From NCBI GenBank assembly GCA_002841945.1, contig PHBI01000012.1, forward strand, positions 4,169 to 68,168: DNA of 64,000 nucleotides, in the 5' to 3' direction. Origin of the DNA: Deltaproteobacteria bacterium HGW-Deltaproteobacteria-14. GTDB taxonomy: Bacteria; Myxococcota_A; UBA9042; PHBI01. The notes under the pieces are model-generated. The model saw only the letters and a program-made list of their open reading frames with translations, searched no databases and was not told the origin of the DNA. Both the position numbers and the translations under genes were made by a program. Below, in pieces: positions 10,513-18,739 of this stretch. The first letter of the stretch is position 1. Each line of letters opens with the position of its first letter.

Positions 10513-11820
10513 GTGGGTCGGATCCTGCTCATCGCGCTGCGTAACGTCTTCACGCACACCCGGCGGAGCCTGCTCCTCGGCGGGGCCATCGCCTTCGTGA
10601 CCTTCCTGCTCGTCGCGCTCTTCGCGTTCTCGAGCGGCCTGCAGGCCAACATGCTCGAGTCGGCGACGACGCTCGTCTCGGGGCACGTCAACGTCGGCGG
10701 CTTCTACAAGGTCTCGCCAGCCGTCGCGCGCCCGATCGTCATCGACTACGCCAAGGTCGAGGCGGTCGTCCGCGCCACGAGCCCGCACATCCGCGCCATC
10801 TCCCGGCGCGCGCGGGGCGGCTTCGACCGCGTCACCTCGCCGACGACCTCGCTCATGAACGCCATCGCCGGGGTCGACATCGCCTCGGACGGGCAGCTGC
10901 GCGAGCGCCTCGAGATCCTGCACGGCGACATCGACGCCCTGCGCGAGCCCGGGACGGCGCTGATGTTCGCGCGGCAGGCCAAGGACCTCGAGGTAGGCGT
11001 CGGCGACGTGGTGTCGATCACCGGGCTGACCTCGCGCGGGATCCGCAACCGCGCCGACGTGCGCGTCGCCGCCATCGCCAAGGACATGGGCGGGCTCTCG
11101 CAGATCCTGACCTTCATCCCCGAGGCGACCCTCAACACCCTCTACGAGCTGCGCCCGGAGAACACCGGCGTGCTGATGGTCTTTCTCGACGACCGCGACC
11201 TCGCCAACGCGGTCGCCAAGGACATCCGGACCGCGCTCCGCGCCGCCGGCTACGATCTGATGGAGCCCGAGGCGAAGCCCTTCTGGCAGAAGCAGCAGAA
11301 CGTCGAGCGCGAGGACTGGACCGGGCAGCAGCTCGACGTGTCGACCTGGCGCGACGAGATGGGCCAGCTCGCCGATATCGTCGACGCCCTCGACGGCTTC
11401 GCCATCGCCTTCACCTTCATCCTCATGCTGGTCATCATCATCGGCATCTGGAACACGCTGTTCATGGCCGTGCGCGAGCGAACCCCGGAGATCGGCGCGC
11501 TGCGCGCCATCGGAATGTCGCGCATGCGCGTCCGGTTCATGTTCCTCGCGGAGGCGGGCACGCTGGCGCTGCTCGCGGCGGTCTCCGGTGCGCTCCTGGC
11601 CGGGCTGCTGGTGGCGGCCCTGAACAGCGCCGGGATCGCGGTCGACAACCCCCAGCTCCAGTTCGTCCTCATGAGCGACACCCTGTTTCTGCACATCGAT
11701 CCGGCCCGCGTCGCCATCGCCGTCCTGGTCATCGTCCTGTTCACGGCGCTGGCGGCGCTGTGGCCGGCGCACCGCGCGTCGAAGGTGCAGCCTGGGGCCG
11801 CCATGAGCCACGCCGGGTGA
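10513..11820 (+). CDS. Second FtsX-family ABC permease.
   Basis: 435 aa, GTG start. N-terminal TM helix plus a C-terminal FtsX-like TM bundle (PEIGALRAIGMSRMRVRFMFLAEA...). Lies 4 nt after the previous permease. Confidence 0.85.
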   Translation: MGRILLIALRNVFTHTRRSLLLGGAIAFVTFLLVALFAFSSGLQANMLESATTLVSGHVNVGGFYKVSPAVARPIVIDYAKVEAVVRATSPHIRAISRRARGGFDRVTSPTTSLMNAIAGVDIASDGQLRERLEILHGDIDALREPGTALMFARQAKDLEVGVGDVVSITGLTSRGIRNRADVRVAAIAKDMGGLSQILTFIPEATLNTLYELRPENTGVLMVFLDDRDLANAVAKDIRTALRAAGYDLMEPEAKPFWQKQQNVEREDWTGQQLDVSTWRDEMGQLADIVDALDGFAIAFTFILMLVIIIGIWNTLFMAVRERTPEIGALRAIGMSRMRVRFMFLAEAGTLALLAAVSGALLAGLLVAALNSAGIAVDNPQLQFVLMSDTLFLHIDPARVAIAVLVIVLFTALAALWPAHRASKVQPGAAMSHAG

Positions 11821-11825
11821 GGATT

Positions 11826-12611
11826 ATGATGCATTGCAAAAACGCCCTCCGGGTGGCCATCGTTGGCCTCGTTATCCTGACCGCTAGCGGTTCTGCGCTC
11901 GCGCTGACGGACGACGAGATGGTGTCCATGTTGCGGCGCATTGACGAGCGCCAGCACGCCGCCGGTGACTTCAAGGCGCACGCCTTCATCCAGCAGAAGC
12001 AGAAGGGCAAGGACGACGTCGCCTTCGAGTCGGTCTTCTATCGGCGCGGCGCGGACGACAAGTTCATGATCCTGGTGCTCGCTCCCAAGACCGAGGCGGG
12101 ACAGGGGTATCTGCGCATCGACGACAACCTGTGGCTCTACTCGCCCAAGACCGGCAAGTGGGAGCGCCTGACCGAGCGCGACCGGATCCTCGGCACCGAC
12201 GGGCGCCGCCAGGACTTCGACGAGTCGCGGCTCGCCGTCGAGTACACCCCCGAGTTCGTCGGCGAGGGGATGCTCGGGAAGTTCGCGACCTGGAAGCTGC
12301 GGCTGCGCGCGAAGCCGGGCCGGGATGTCCCGTGGCCCATCGTCGTGCTCGAGATCGACAAGGAGTCCGGCAACATCCTCAAGCAGCAGGACTACGCGCT
12401 GTCGGAGAAGCTGATGCGGACGAGCCTGTATCCCCGCTGGAACAAGATCAGCGACGCCGACGGGCAGCAAGTGTGGTACCCCGCGCAGATGTATCTCTAC
12501 GACGAGGTCGAGAAGGGCAACCAGTCGATCGTCAAGGTCGACGCGGTCGACCTCTCGGCCCTGCCGAAGAACATGTTCACCAAGGCGTGGCTCGAGTCGA
12601 AGAGCCGCTAA
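11826..12611 (+). CDS. Periplasmic LolA-like protein of the outer-membrane lipoprotein-sorting family.
   Basis: Start at ATG 11826 after GAGGATT gives the signal peptide MMHCKNALRVAIVGLVILTASGSALA. The motif DNLWLYSPKTGKWERL is typical of the LolA-like / COG2834 family. Genetically linked to the ABC-FtsX genes. Confidence 0.7.
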   Translation: MMHCKNALRVAIVGLVILTASGSALALTDDEMVSMLRRIDERQHAAGDFKAHAFIQQKQKGKDDVAFESVFYRRGADDKFMILVLAPKTEAGQGYLRIDDNLWLYSPKTGKWERLTERDRILGTDGRRQDFDESRLAVEYTPEFVGEGMLGKFATWKLRLRAKPGRDVPWPIVVLEIDKESGNILKQQDYALSEKLMRTSLYPRWNKISDADGQQVWYPAQMYLYDEVEKGNQSIVKVDAVDLSALPKNMFTKAWLESKSR

Positions 12612-12642
12612 GGCGGGGCCCATTGGGGGCCGCGGAGACCGG

Positions 12643-14109
12643 ATGAAGCGCCACCGAATCGCCGCCCTGACCAGCCTGTGCGCGCTCGCGCTGGGCGGTC
12701 CCGCGTGGGCCGGGGAGCCGGCGGTCCCCGCGTCGGACGACCGGCCGGACGAGGACGCGCTCTTCGGGGGCGGGGACGACCCTGCGGACGCCGACGCCGC
12801 CACGCCCTCCGGGGGCCGCGACGACGCAGGCGACGGGCGCGCCAGCGAGGATGATCTCTTCGGTGGCGGGAGCGGCCCGATAGGCACGCCGGTCGCGACC
12901 CAGAACGCGCTCCTCGAGGACCCGCTGAGCGTCGGGGGCCAGCTCTATTTGCGGCTCGCGGCGCAGGTGAACGACCGCGGGAGCGTCGGCGCGCAGACGC
13001 TGTCGATGCCCAACATCCTCGACGTCTACCTCGACGCGCGGCCCGAGGACCGCGTGCGCGGCTTCTTCTCCGGGCGCCTCTACTACGATCCGACCGTGGC
13101 CGACGGCGACACCGACGCCCTCGGAAACGCCAAGGACAAGGCCCGCGTCCTCGTGGACCAGCTGTGGATCAAGACCGACATCGCGCGCACGGTCTTCGTG
13201 ACGGTCGGCCAGGAGCGCATCAAGTGGGGCGCGAGCCGCATCTGGAACCCGACCGACTTCGTGAACGCGACCTTCCGGGACCCGCTCGCGCTCTTCGACG
13301 AGCGGACCGGGGTGCCGATGCTCAAGCTCCAGATCCCCGTGGACACCTGGAACTTCTACCTCATCGGCCTCCTCGGGGGCGCCAGCCACTTCGACGAGCC
13401 GGGCTTCGCCTTCCGCGTCGAGAAGGCCTTCAGCGCCTCGGAGTTCAGCCTCTCGGGGACCGCGGGCACGGGGCGCAAGACCGCCTTCGGCGCCGACCTC
13501 TCGACCGCGCTCGGGCCCTTCGATCTGACCGCCGAGGTCGCCGTGTCCGACGAGCGCGACACAGCGCGCTACAGCGGGACCCTCGACCTCGCGACGTTCA
13601 CGACCCCGACCTCCGAGCCGTACGGGACGTGGGCCGCGCGCTTCTCGGCCGGGCTCCAGTACGCCTTCAAGCCGAACGACGACGACGTCCAGTACCTGGG
13701 CCTCGAGTACTTCTACAACCCGCTCGGGGCCAAGGATCCGGACCTCTACCCGTGGCTCGTCTTCAACGGCGACTTCGTGCCGTTCTACCTCGGGCAGCAC
13801 TACCTCGCGCTCATCTGGTCCATCCCCGCACCCGGGAGCTGGGACGAGGCGACCTTCAACCTGTCGAACCTCGGCAACCTCTCCGACAAGACCTTCGTCA
13901 CGCGGCTCGACTTCTCCGTCCTGCTGCACACCAAGCTCCGCTTCGAGGCCTACGCCCAGGTCCACTACGGCCACCGCGGCGGCGAGCTGCGCTTCGCCCT
14001 CGACGTCCCCGACATCCCGGCTATCCCCGAGCTCCCCGACGGGGTCGAGGCCTTCAGCGTGCCGGCGCCGGCGGTGCTGTTCGGCGTGAACCTGCGCATC
14101 TCCATCTGA
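12643..14109 (+). CDS. Secreted protein, probably an outer-membrane beta-barrel. Hypothetical.
   Basis: Signal peptide MKRHRIAALTSLCALALGGPAWAG. Acidic low-complexity N-terminal region. The C-terminal 330 aa are rich in alternating hydrophobic/aromatic beta-strand patterns. Last gene of the ABC/LolA cluster. Confidence 0.7.
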   Translation: MKRHRIAALTSLCALALGGPAWAGEPAVPASDDRPDEDALFGGGDDPADADAATPSGGRDDAGDGRASEDDLFGGGSGPIGTPVATQNALLEDPLSVGGQLYLRLAAQVNDRGSVGAQTLSMPNILDVYLDARPEDRVRGFFSGRLYYDPTVADGDTDALGNAKDKARVLVDQLWIKTDIARTVFVTVGQERIKWGASRIWNPTDFVNATFRDPLALFDERTGVPMLKLQIPVDTWNFYLIGLLGGASHFDEPGFAFRVEKAFSASEFSLSGTAGTGRKTAFGADLSTALGPFDLTAEVAVSDERDTARYSGTLDLATFTTPTSEPYGTWAARFSAGLQYAFKPNDDDVQYLGLEYFYNPLGAKDPDLYPWLVFNGDFVPFYLGQHYLALIWSIPAPGSWDEATFNLSNLGNLSDKTFVTRLDFSVLLHTKLRFEAYAQVHYGHRGGELRFALDVPDIPAIPELPDGVEAFSVPAPAVLFGVNLRISI

Positions 14110-14121
14110 GGGAAGAGAGAC

Positions 14122-14367
14122 ATGACGACGCCAGACCTGCCCGCCAGCCCGCCGAGCTTCGAGGCCCTCCTCGAGGACCTCGAGGCGGTCGTGACGCGCC
14201 TCGAGCGCGGAGACGCGCCCCTCGACCAGGCGCTCGCCGAGTTCGAGCGCGGCACCGACCTCGCCCGCCGGGCCACGGGCATCCTCGACGCCGCCGAGGC
14301 CCGCGTGACCAAGCTGATCGAGGCCCGGGACGGCCTGCGCGAGGTCCCGTTCGAGCCCGGTGGCTGA
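14122..14367 (+). CDS. xseB: Exodeoxyribonuclease VII small subunit.
   Basis: 81 aa. The helix-rich sequence FEALLEDLEAVVTRLERGDAPLDQALAEFERGTDLARRATGILDAAEARVTKL matches the XseB family. Confidence 0.9.
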   Translation: MTTPDLPASPPSFEALLEDLEAVVTRLERGDAPLDQALAEFERGTDLARRATGILDAAEARVTKLIEARDGLREVPFEPGG

Positions 14368-15127
14368 CAAGGCGCCCGGGCGGGGAGGCGCGCGCCTCGA
14401 CGCGACGCTGGTCGCGCGCGGGCTGGCCGAGACCCGGAGCCGCGCCCAGGCGCTGATCCTGGCGGGTCGCGTCGACGTGGGCGGGCAGCGTTGCGACAAG
14501 GCCGGCACCCGCGTCGCGGACGACGCCGCGATCAACGTGCGCGAGACCCAGGACTGGGCGAGCCGGGGGGCCTACAAGCTCCTCGGTGCGCTCGAGGCGT
14601 TCCCGTGGCTGCTCGAGCGGCTCCACGGCGCGGACGTCCTCGACGTCGGGGCGTCGACCGGCGGGTTCACTGATGTTGCGCTGCAGCGTGGCGCGGCCCG
14701 GGTGATCGCCGTGGACGTCGGCTACGGGCAGCTCCATTGGCGCCTTCAGAGTGACGATCGCGTCGTCGTGATCGACCGGACGAACATTCGCACGCTGCCG
14801 CCGGGCGCGCTGCCGTTCACCCCGACGTTCGCCGTGTGCGACGCATCATTCATCAGCGTGCGGCTGTTCCTCGACGTGGTGCTGCGCGAGCTCGCCCCGG
14901 GCTCGCCCTTCGTCGTGTTGGTGAAGCCGCAGTTCGAGGTCGGGCGCGAGGCGGTCGGCAAGGGCGGGGTCGTGCGTGACGAGGCGGAGCGGCAGCGGGC
15001 GCTCGCCGAGGTCCGGGCGGAGGCCGTGCGGGTGGGCTTTCACGACCTCGGGGCGTGCGACTCGCCGGTGGCCGGCCCCAAAGGAAACCTCGAACACCTG
15101 CTGGTGCTAGAGAAGCCCGCCGATTGA
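14360..15127 (+). CDS. tlyA: TlyA-family rRNA 2'-O-methyltransferase, with an S4 domain and an FtsJ-like methyltransferase domain.
   Basis: S4-like N-terminus RLDATLVARGLAETRSRAQALILAGRV. SAM-binding motif VLDVGASTGGFTDVAL. Overlaps the xseB end by 8 nt. Confidence 0.9.
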   Translation: MADKAPGRGGARLDATLVARGLAETRSRAQALILAGRVDVGGQRCDKAGTRVADDAAINVRETQDWASRGAYKLLGALEAFPWLLERLHGADVLDVGASTGGFTDVALQRGAARVIAVDVGYGQLHWRLQSDDRVVVIDRTNIRTLPPGALPFTPTFAVCDASFISVRLFLDVVLRELAPGSPFVVLVKPQFEVGREAVGKGGVVRDEAERQRALAEVRAEAVRVGFHDLGACDSPVAGPKGNLEHLLVLEKPAD

Positions 15128-15184
15128 TCGTTTCAGCGCGCGGCGACGCGACCACGCAACGCGCCCCGCGGCGCCGGAGTTTTC

Positions 15185-15808
15185 ATGAGTCCGACCACGA
15201 GCCCCAGTGATCCCCGCCGCTTCGCGCCCGCGACCGACCGAAACAAGGAGCCGATCCTCAGCGTCCTCCGCGAGGTGCTCCCGGAGATGGGGCTCGTTCT
15301 CGAGATCGCGGCTGGGACCGGACAGCACGCCGCCTTCTTCGCCCCGCACTTCCCCGGGCTGCGCTGGCAGCCGACCGACCGCGACGCGGACTCGCTCGCG
15401 AGCATCGCCGCGTGGCGGGACACGGCCGCAGCCCCGAACCTGCTGCCGCCGCTGCGCCTCGACGCCGCCGCCGACGCCTGGCCGGTCGGGCGCGCCGACG
15501 CCATCTTCAACGCCAACATGATCCACATCTCGCCCTGGGCGGCTTGCCTCGGCCTCTTGCGCGGCGCCGGGCGGACCCTGGAGGCCGGCGGACCGCTCGT
15601 CCTCTACGGGCCCTACATGCTCGACGGCGAGCACACCGCGCCGTCCAACGCGGCCTTCGACGCGAGCCTGCGCGGGCGCGACCCAGCCTGGGGGGTGCGT
15701 GACCTGGCGGACGTCCGCGCCGCCGCGGAGGGCGCGGGGTTGGCGTTCGTGCGCCGGATCGCGATGCCGGCGAACAACCAGATCGTGGTGTTCGAGCGCC
15801 AGGCCTGA
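15185..15808 (+). CDS. DUF938-family protein with a class-I SAM-methyltransferase-like fold.
   Basis: 207 aa. The N-terminus PATDRNKEPILSVLREVLPEMGLVLEIAAGTGQHAAFFAPHFPGLRWQPTD is characteristic of DUF938. Confidence 0.7.
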   Translation: MSPTTSPSDPRRFAPATDRNKEPILSVLREVLPEMGLVLEIAAGTGQHAAFFAPHFPGLRWQPTDRDADSLASIAAWRDTAAAPNLLPPLRLDAAADAWPVGRADAIFNANMIHISPWAACLGLLRGAGRTLEAGGPLVLYGPYMLDGEHTAPSNAAFDASLRGRDPAWGVRDLADVRAAAEGAGLAFVRRIAMPANNQIVVFERQA

Positions 15809-15911
15809 CGCGCGGCGAACGTCCGGATCATGCCCTACCCGGGGCGGGTGGGCGCTCGCAGCTGTTTCAGGGCTACGAGCAGCAGGCCAAGCCGACGGCG
15901 GCGGCGTCATC

Positions 15912-15980
15912 GACCGGGTTGACGTCGGGTGCGTGTCAACCCGGTTGACGTCGGTCGCGTGTCAATGCGGCTGACACGCC
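15912..15980. repeat. Imperfect tandem direct repeat of about 26 bp carrying embedded palindromes, in a convergent intergenic region. Probable bidirectional terminator structure.
   Basis: ACCGGGTTGACGTCGGGTGCGTGTCAA is followed by CCCGGTTGACGTCGGTCGCGTGTCAA. Contains the near-palindrome GTCAAC-CCG-GTTGAC and the hairpin GTGTCA-ATGCGGC-TGACAC. Lies between the 3' ends of 15185..15808(+) and 15984..18686(-). Confidence 0.5.
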
Positions 15981-15983
15981 TGG

Positions 15984-18686
15984 CTACTCCACAGCTGGGA
16001 TCAAGACCGGGCCGACGTCATCCATGATGAGCGGGTCGGTCGCGTCGCCGCCTCCCATCCCGTAGGGGCCGCCGTCGGGCGAGAGCGGGCGGTAGATGTT
16101 GTCGATGCCGTCGAAGTCCCAGGTGGTCGCGTAGACGCTGACCCCCTCCCAGGTGTCGAGGGCGAAGCGGGCGCCGTCGTACTCGAAGGTGATGGTGTTG
16201 GTCGGCAGATCGACGGTGACCGCGGGGCGCCCGGGGACGCCGCCGCCCCAGGCGGTCTCGGAGGCGCCGGTGATGTTGTAGACCGTGTTCGACCAGCCGA
16301 AGATGAAGTGCGTGAAGTCCCAGGCGAAGCCCTCGGGGGCGGTGCCGTTGATCTTGGGCAGCAGCGTCAGGCCGTCGCGTCCCGGGACATCGAGGTAGAT
16401 CGTGAAGGCGACGTGATCGAAGCCGTTCGATGGGTTCCAGGTGGTGCTCGTCGCGGCCATCGTGAAGCGCAGGCGCAGGGTGGCGCCGCCGGCCTCGATG
16501 ACGAGGCGCGTGACGTCCATGGTGGCGTCGCCCGCGAAGGACGCGTCCTGGGGGTAGGTGTAGGTGCCCGTCGGGCCGTTGTCGTCGTCGAGCGGGTCCT
16601 CGATGGTCAGGATCTGCCCGTCGAAGACGGTCGAGGACGTGAAGGCGTAGCGCGGTGACGCCACGCCGGCGGCCTGGGCGTAGAAGGACACCGTGTGGGG
16701 CGTGTCGCCGTATGGGAAGGAGTCGATCGGGAGGCTCGCGGTGAAGGTGCCGTCCGTGGCGACGACCACGGGGGTCGGCGCGACGAGCTTGTCGTCGATC
16801 ACCATGACGAGCGCAGTGTCGGCGGGGGTCACGCTGCCGGTGACGTCGGTGTTCGCGGTGAACGTCTCGCCGGCGATGGGCGTGTCGACGGTGATGGCGA
16901 CCTCTCCCGGGCCGATCGTGTCCACCTCGTCGGTCGCGAGCAGGACGATGGAGGCGCGCGCCGGCAGCTCGGTCAGCAGGCGCCCGCCGAGGCCGACCCG
17001 CGTCACCGGCTCGTCGACGCCGACCTTCACGATGGCGTCGAGGTGCGTGCCCGCGGCGACGCCGGTCGCCAGGTCGTTGACGAGGATCGGGTGCTCCGAG
17101 GTGTTCATCAGGACGATGGCGGCGTCGGCGTCCGTCGCGCGGCGGAAGGCGAAGACGCCAGGGCCGAAGGGGGCGTCCTGGAGCACGGTGAGGTCGCCGC
17201 GGGTCAGCACTGGGTGGCCCGTGCGGGCGGCGACGAGGGCCTCGAGGAAGGTGTAGGGGGCGCTCGTGGTGTCGAAGTGGTCCACGTCGCCAGCGCCCCA
17301 GCCGTCCGCGAACAGCGACGCTCGGGTCTCGGTGAATGCCTGCTCGGTGCCCTGGTAGATGACCGGGATCCCGGGGATGGTCATCAGCAGCACCAGGGCC
17401 TGGCGGAAGGCCGGCTCGCTGGCGCCGGCGAGGAAGCGCTGGACGTCGTGGTTGTCGATGAAGTTCGGGGTCAGCCCAGGCTCGGGGAAGCGGCTCGGGT
17501 CGTTGGCGAGCCCGAGGCGGTAGCTGAGCTGGGCCGTCGGGTCGCCGCCGCCGATGACGCGCTTGATCTCCTCGTAGAGCGGGAAGGCGAGGACCGCGCC
17601 GAGCTCGGGGGCGGCGGGGGTGCCGAGGTAGCTCGCGCACTTCCGCTCGCCGGCGTCGTCGAAGGGGTCGGAGACCTCGTAGACCTCGCCGAAGGTCAGG
17701 AGGTGGTCACGACCGGTGGCGGCGGCGACCGCGTTCATTCCCGGGGTCGTCGCGTCGGTCCCGTGCAGGAAGTCGTTCCAGAAGGCGTGGTCGACGAACT
17801 TGACGGTGTCGATGCGGAAGCCGTCCACGCCGACCGCCTCGATCCAGTAGCCGTAGCTGTCCCGGAGCGCCTCGCGCACGACGGGGTTGTCGGTGTTCAG
17901 GTCGTCGAGATCGCTGATCTCCCAGGTCTTCTCCTGCACCGGGTCGGTGAAGTCGCCGATGGTCGGGGTCCAGTGGTAGATGGCCGCGGCGAAGTCGGCG
18001 GGGTCGGTCGCGTCGTTCTGGTCGAAGGGCGGCTGGGTCGGGGCGGCGCTCGGCAGCGAGCCGGTGTTCTTGGTGAAGCCGGCGGTCGGATCCTCGGGGT
18101 CGTAGGTGCCGGTCCAGGTGAAGAAGTTCCCGGTGTGATTCGGCACGATGTCTTGGATGAGATACATGCCGCGGCGGTGCAGCGCGTCCGACAGCGCCTG
18201 GTACGTGGCGAGGGTGCCGTAGTGCTCGTCCACGGCCTTGAAGTCGCGGCCCCAGTAGCCGTGGTAGCCGCTGAACTGGGCGAGCGGGTCCCACCACTGG
18301 TTGGCGACGGGGGGCGTGATCCAGACGGCGGTGGCGCCGAGGCCCTGGATGTAGTCGAGGTGATCGATGACGCCTTGCAGATCGCCGCCGCTATAGTGGG
18401 CGTTCGAGGTCGGGTCGTACTCGCCCGCGCCCTGGTCGTCGTTGCTCGGATCGCCGTCGGCGAAGCGGTCGAGCATGACGAAGTAGATGACCTGGTCGCG
18501 CCACTGAGGCGACGGGACGTGGAGCAGCGGCCCGGCGTCGACGGTGTCCTCCGCGGTGTCCGCGGTGTCCGCGGTGTCCGCGGTGTCCGCGGTGTCGGCG
18601 ACGGCCGTGTCGGTGGCGGGCTTGGTGTCCCCGCCGCAGGCCGCGACGAGAGTGAGGGTGGTGAGCCAAGTGGTCACTGCGCGCAT
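15984..18686 (-). CDS. GH13 alpha-amylase-family lipoprotein with a C-terminal glucodextranase-C-like domain.
   Basis: 900 aa. Lipobox LVAACGGD followed by a DTADTADTADTADTAE linker. GH13 regions DQVIYFVMLDRFADGDPSNDD, GYHGYWGRDF and GVDGFRIDTVKF. C-terminal motif IEDPLDDDNGPTGTYTYPQD resembles the Glucodextran_C domain. RBS GGGGGAGG before the ATG. Confidence 0.9.
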   Translation of the reverse strand: MRAVTTWLTTLTLVAACGGDTKPATDTAVADTADTADTADTADTAEDTVDAGPLLHVPSPQWRDQVIYFVMLDRFADGDPSNDDQGAGEYDPTSNAHYSGGDLQGVIDHLDYIQGLGATAVWITPPVANQWWDPLAQFSGYHGYWGRDFKAVDEHYGTLATYQALSDALHRRGMYLIQDIVPNHTGNFFTWTGTYDPEDPTAGFTKNTGSLPSAAPTQPPFDQNDATDPADFAAAIYHWTPTIGDFTDPVQEKTWEISDLDDLNTDNPVVREALRDSYGYWIEAVGVDGFRIDTVKFVDHAFWNDFLHGTDATTPGMNAVAAATGRDHLLTFGEVYEVSDPFDDAGERKCASYLGTPAAPELGAVLAFPLYEEIKRVIGGGDPTAQLSYRLGLANDPSRFPEPGLTPNFIDNHDVQRFLAGASEPAFRQALVLLMTIPGIPVIYQGTEQAFTETRASLFADGWGAGDVDHFDTTSAPYTFLEALVAARTGHPVLTRGDLTVLQDAPFGPGVFAFRRATDADAAIVLMNTSEHPILVNDLATGVAAGTHLDAIVKVGVDEPVTRVGLGGRLLTELPARASIVLLATDEVDTIGPGEVAITVDTPIAGETFTANTDVTGSVTPADTALVMVIDDKLVAPTPVVVATDGTFTASLPIDSFPYGDTPHTVSFYAQAAGVASPRYAFTSSTVFDGQILTIEDPLDDDNGPTGTYTYPQDASFAGDATMDVTRLVIEAGGATLRLRFTMAATSTTWNPSNGFDHVAFTIYLDVPGRDGLTLLPKINGTAPEGFAWDFTHFIFGWSNTVYNITGASETAWGGGVPGRPAVTVDLPTNTITFEYDGARFALDTWEGVSVYATTWDFDGIDNIYRPLSPDGGPYGMGGGDATDPLIMDDVGPVLIPAVE
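18541..18585 (-). repeat. Coding microsatellite of four 9-bp tandem units (GCGGTGTCC) encoding (DTA)n in the linker of the alpha-amylase lipoprotein.
   Basis: gcggtgtcc repeated four times, then a degenerate fifth copy (gcggtgtcg). On the minus strand it translates to DTADTADTADTA. Confidence 0.8.
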
Positions 18687-18739
18687 GAGGCCTCCCCCGT
18701 TCGAGTCGGCGCCATTCTATCGCCGTCGTGGGGGCGTCG

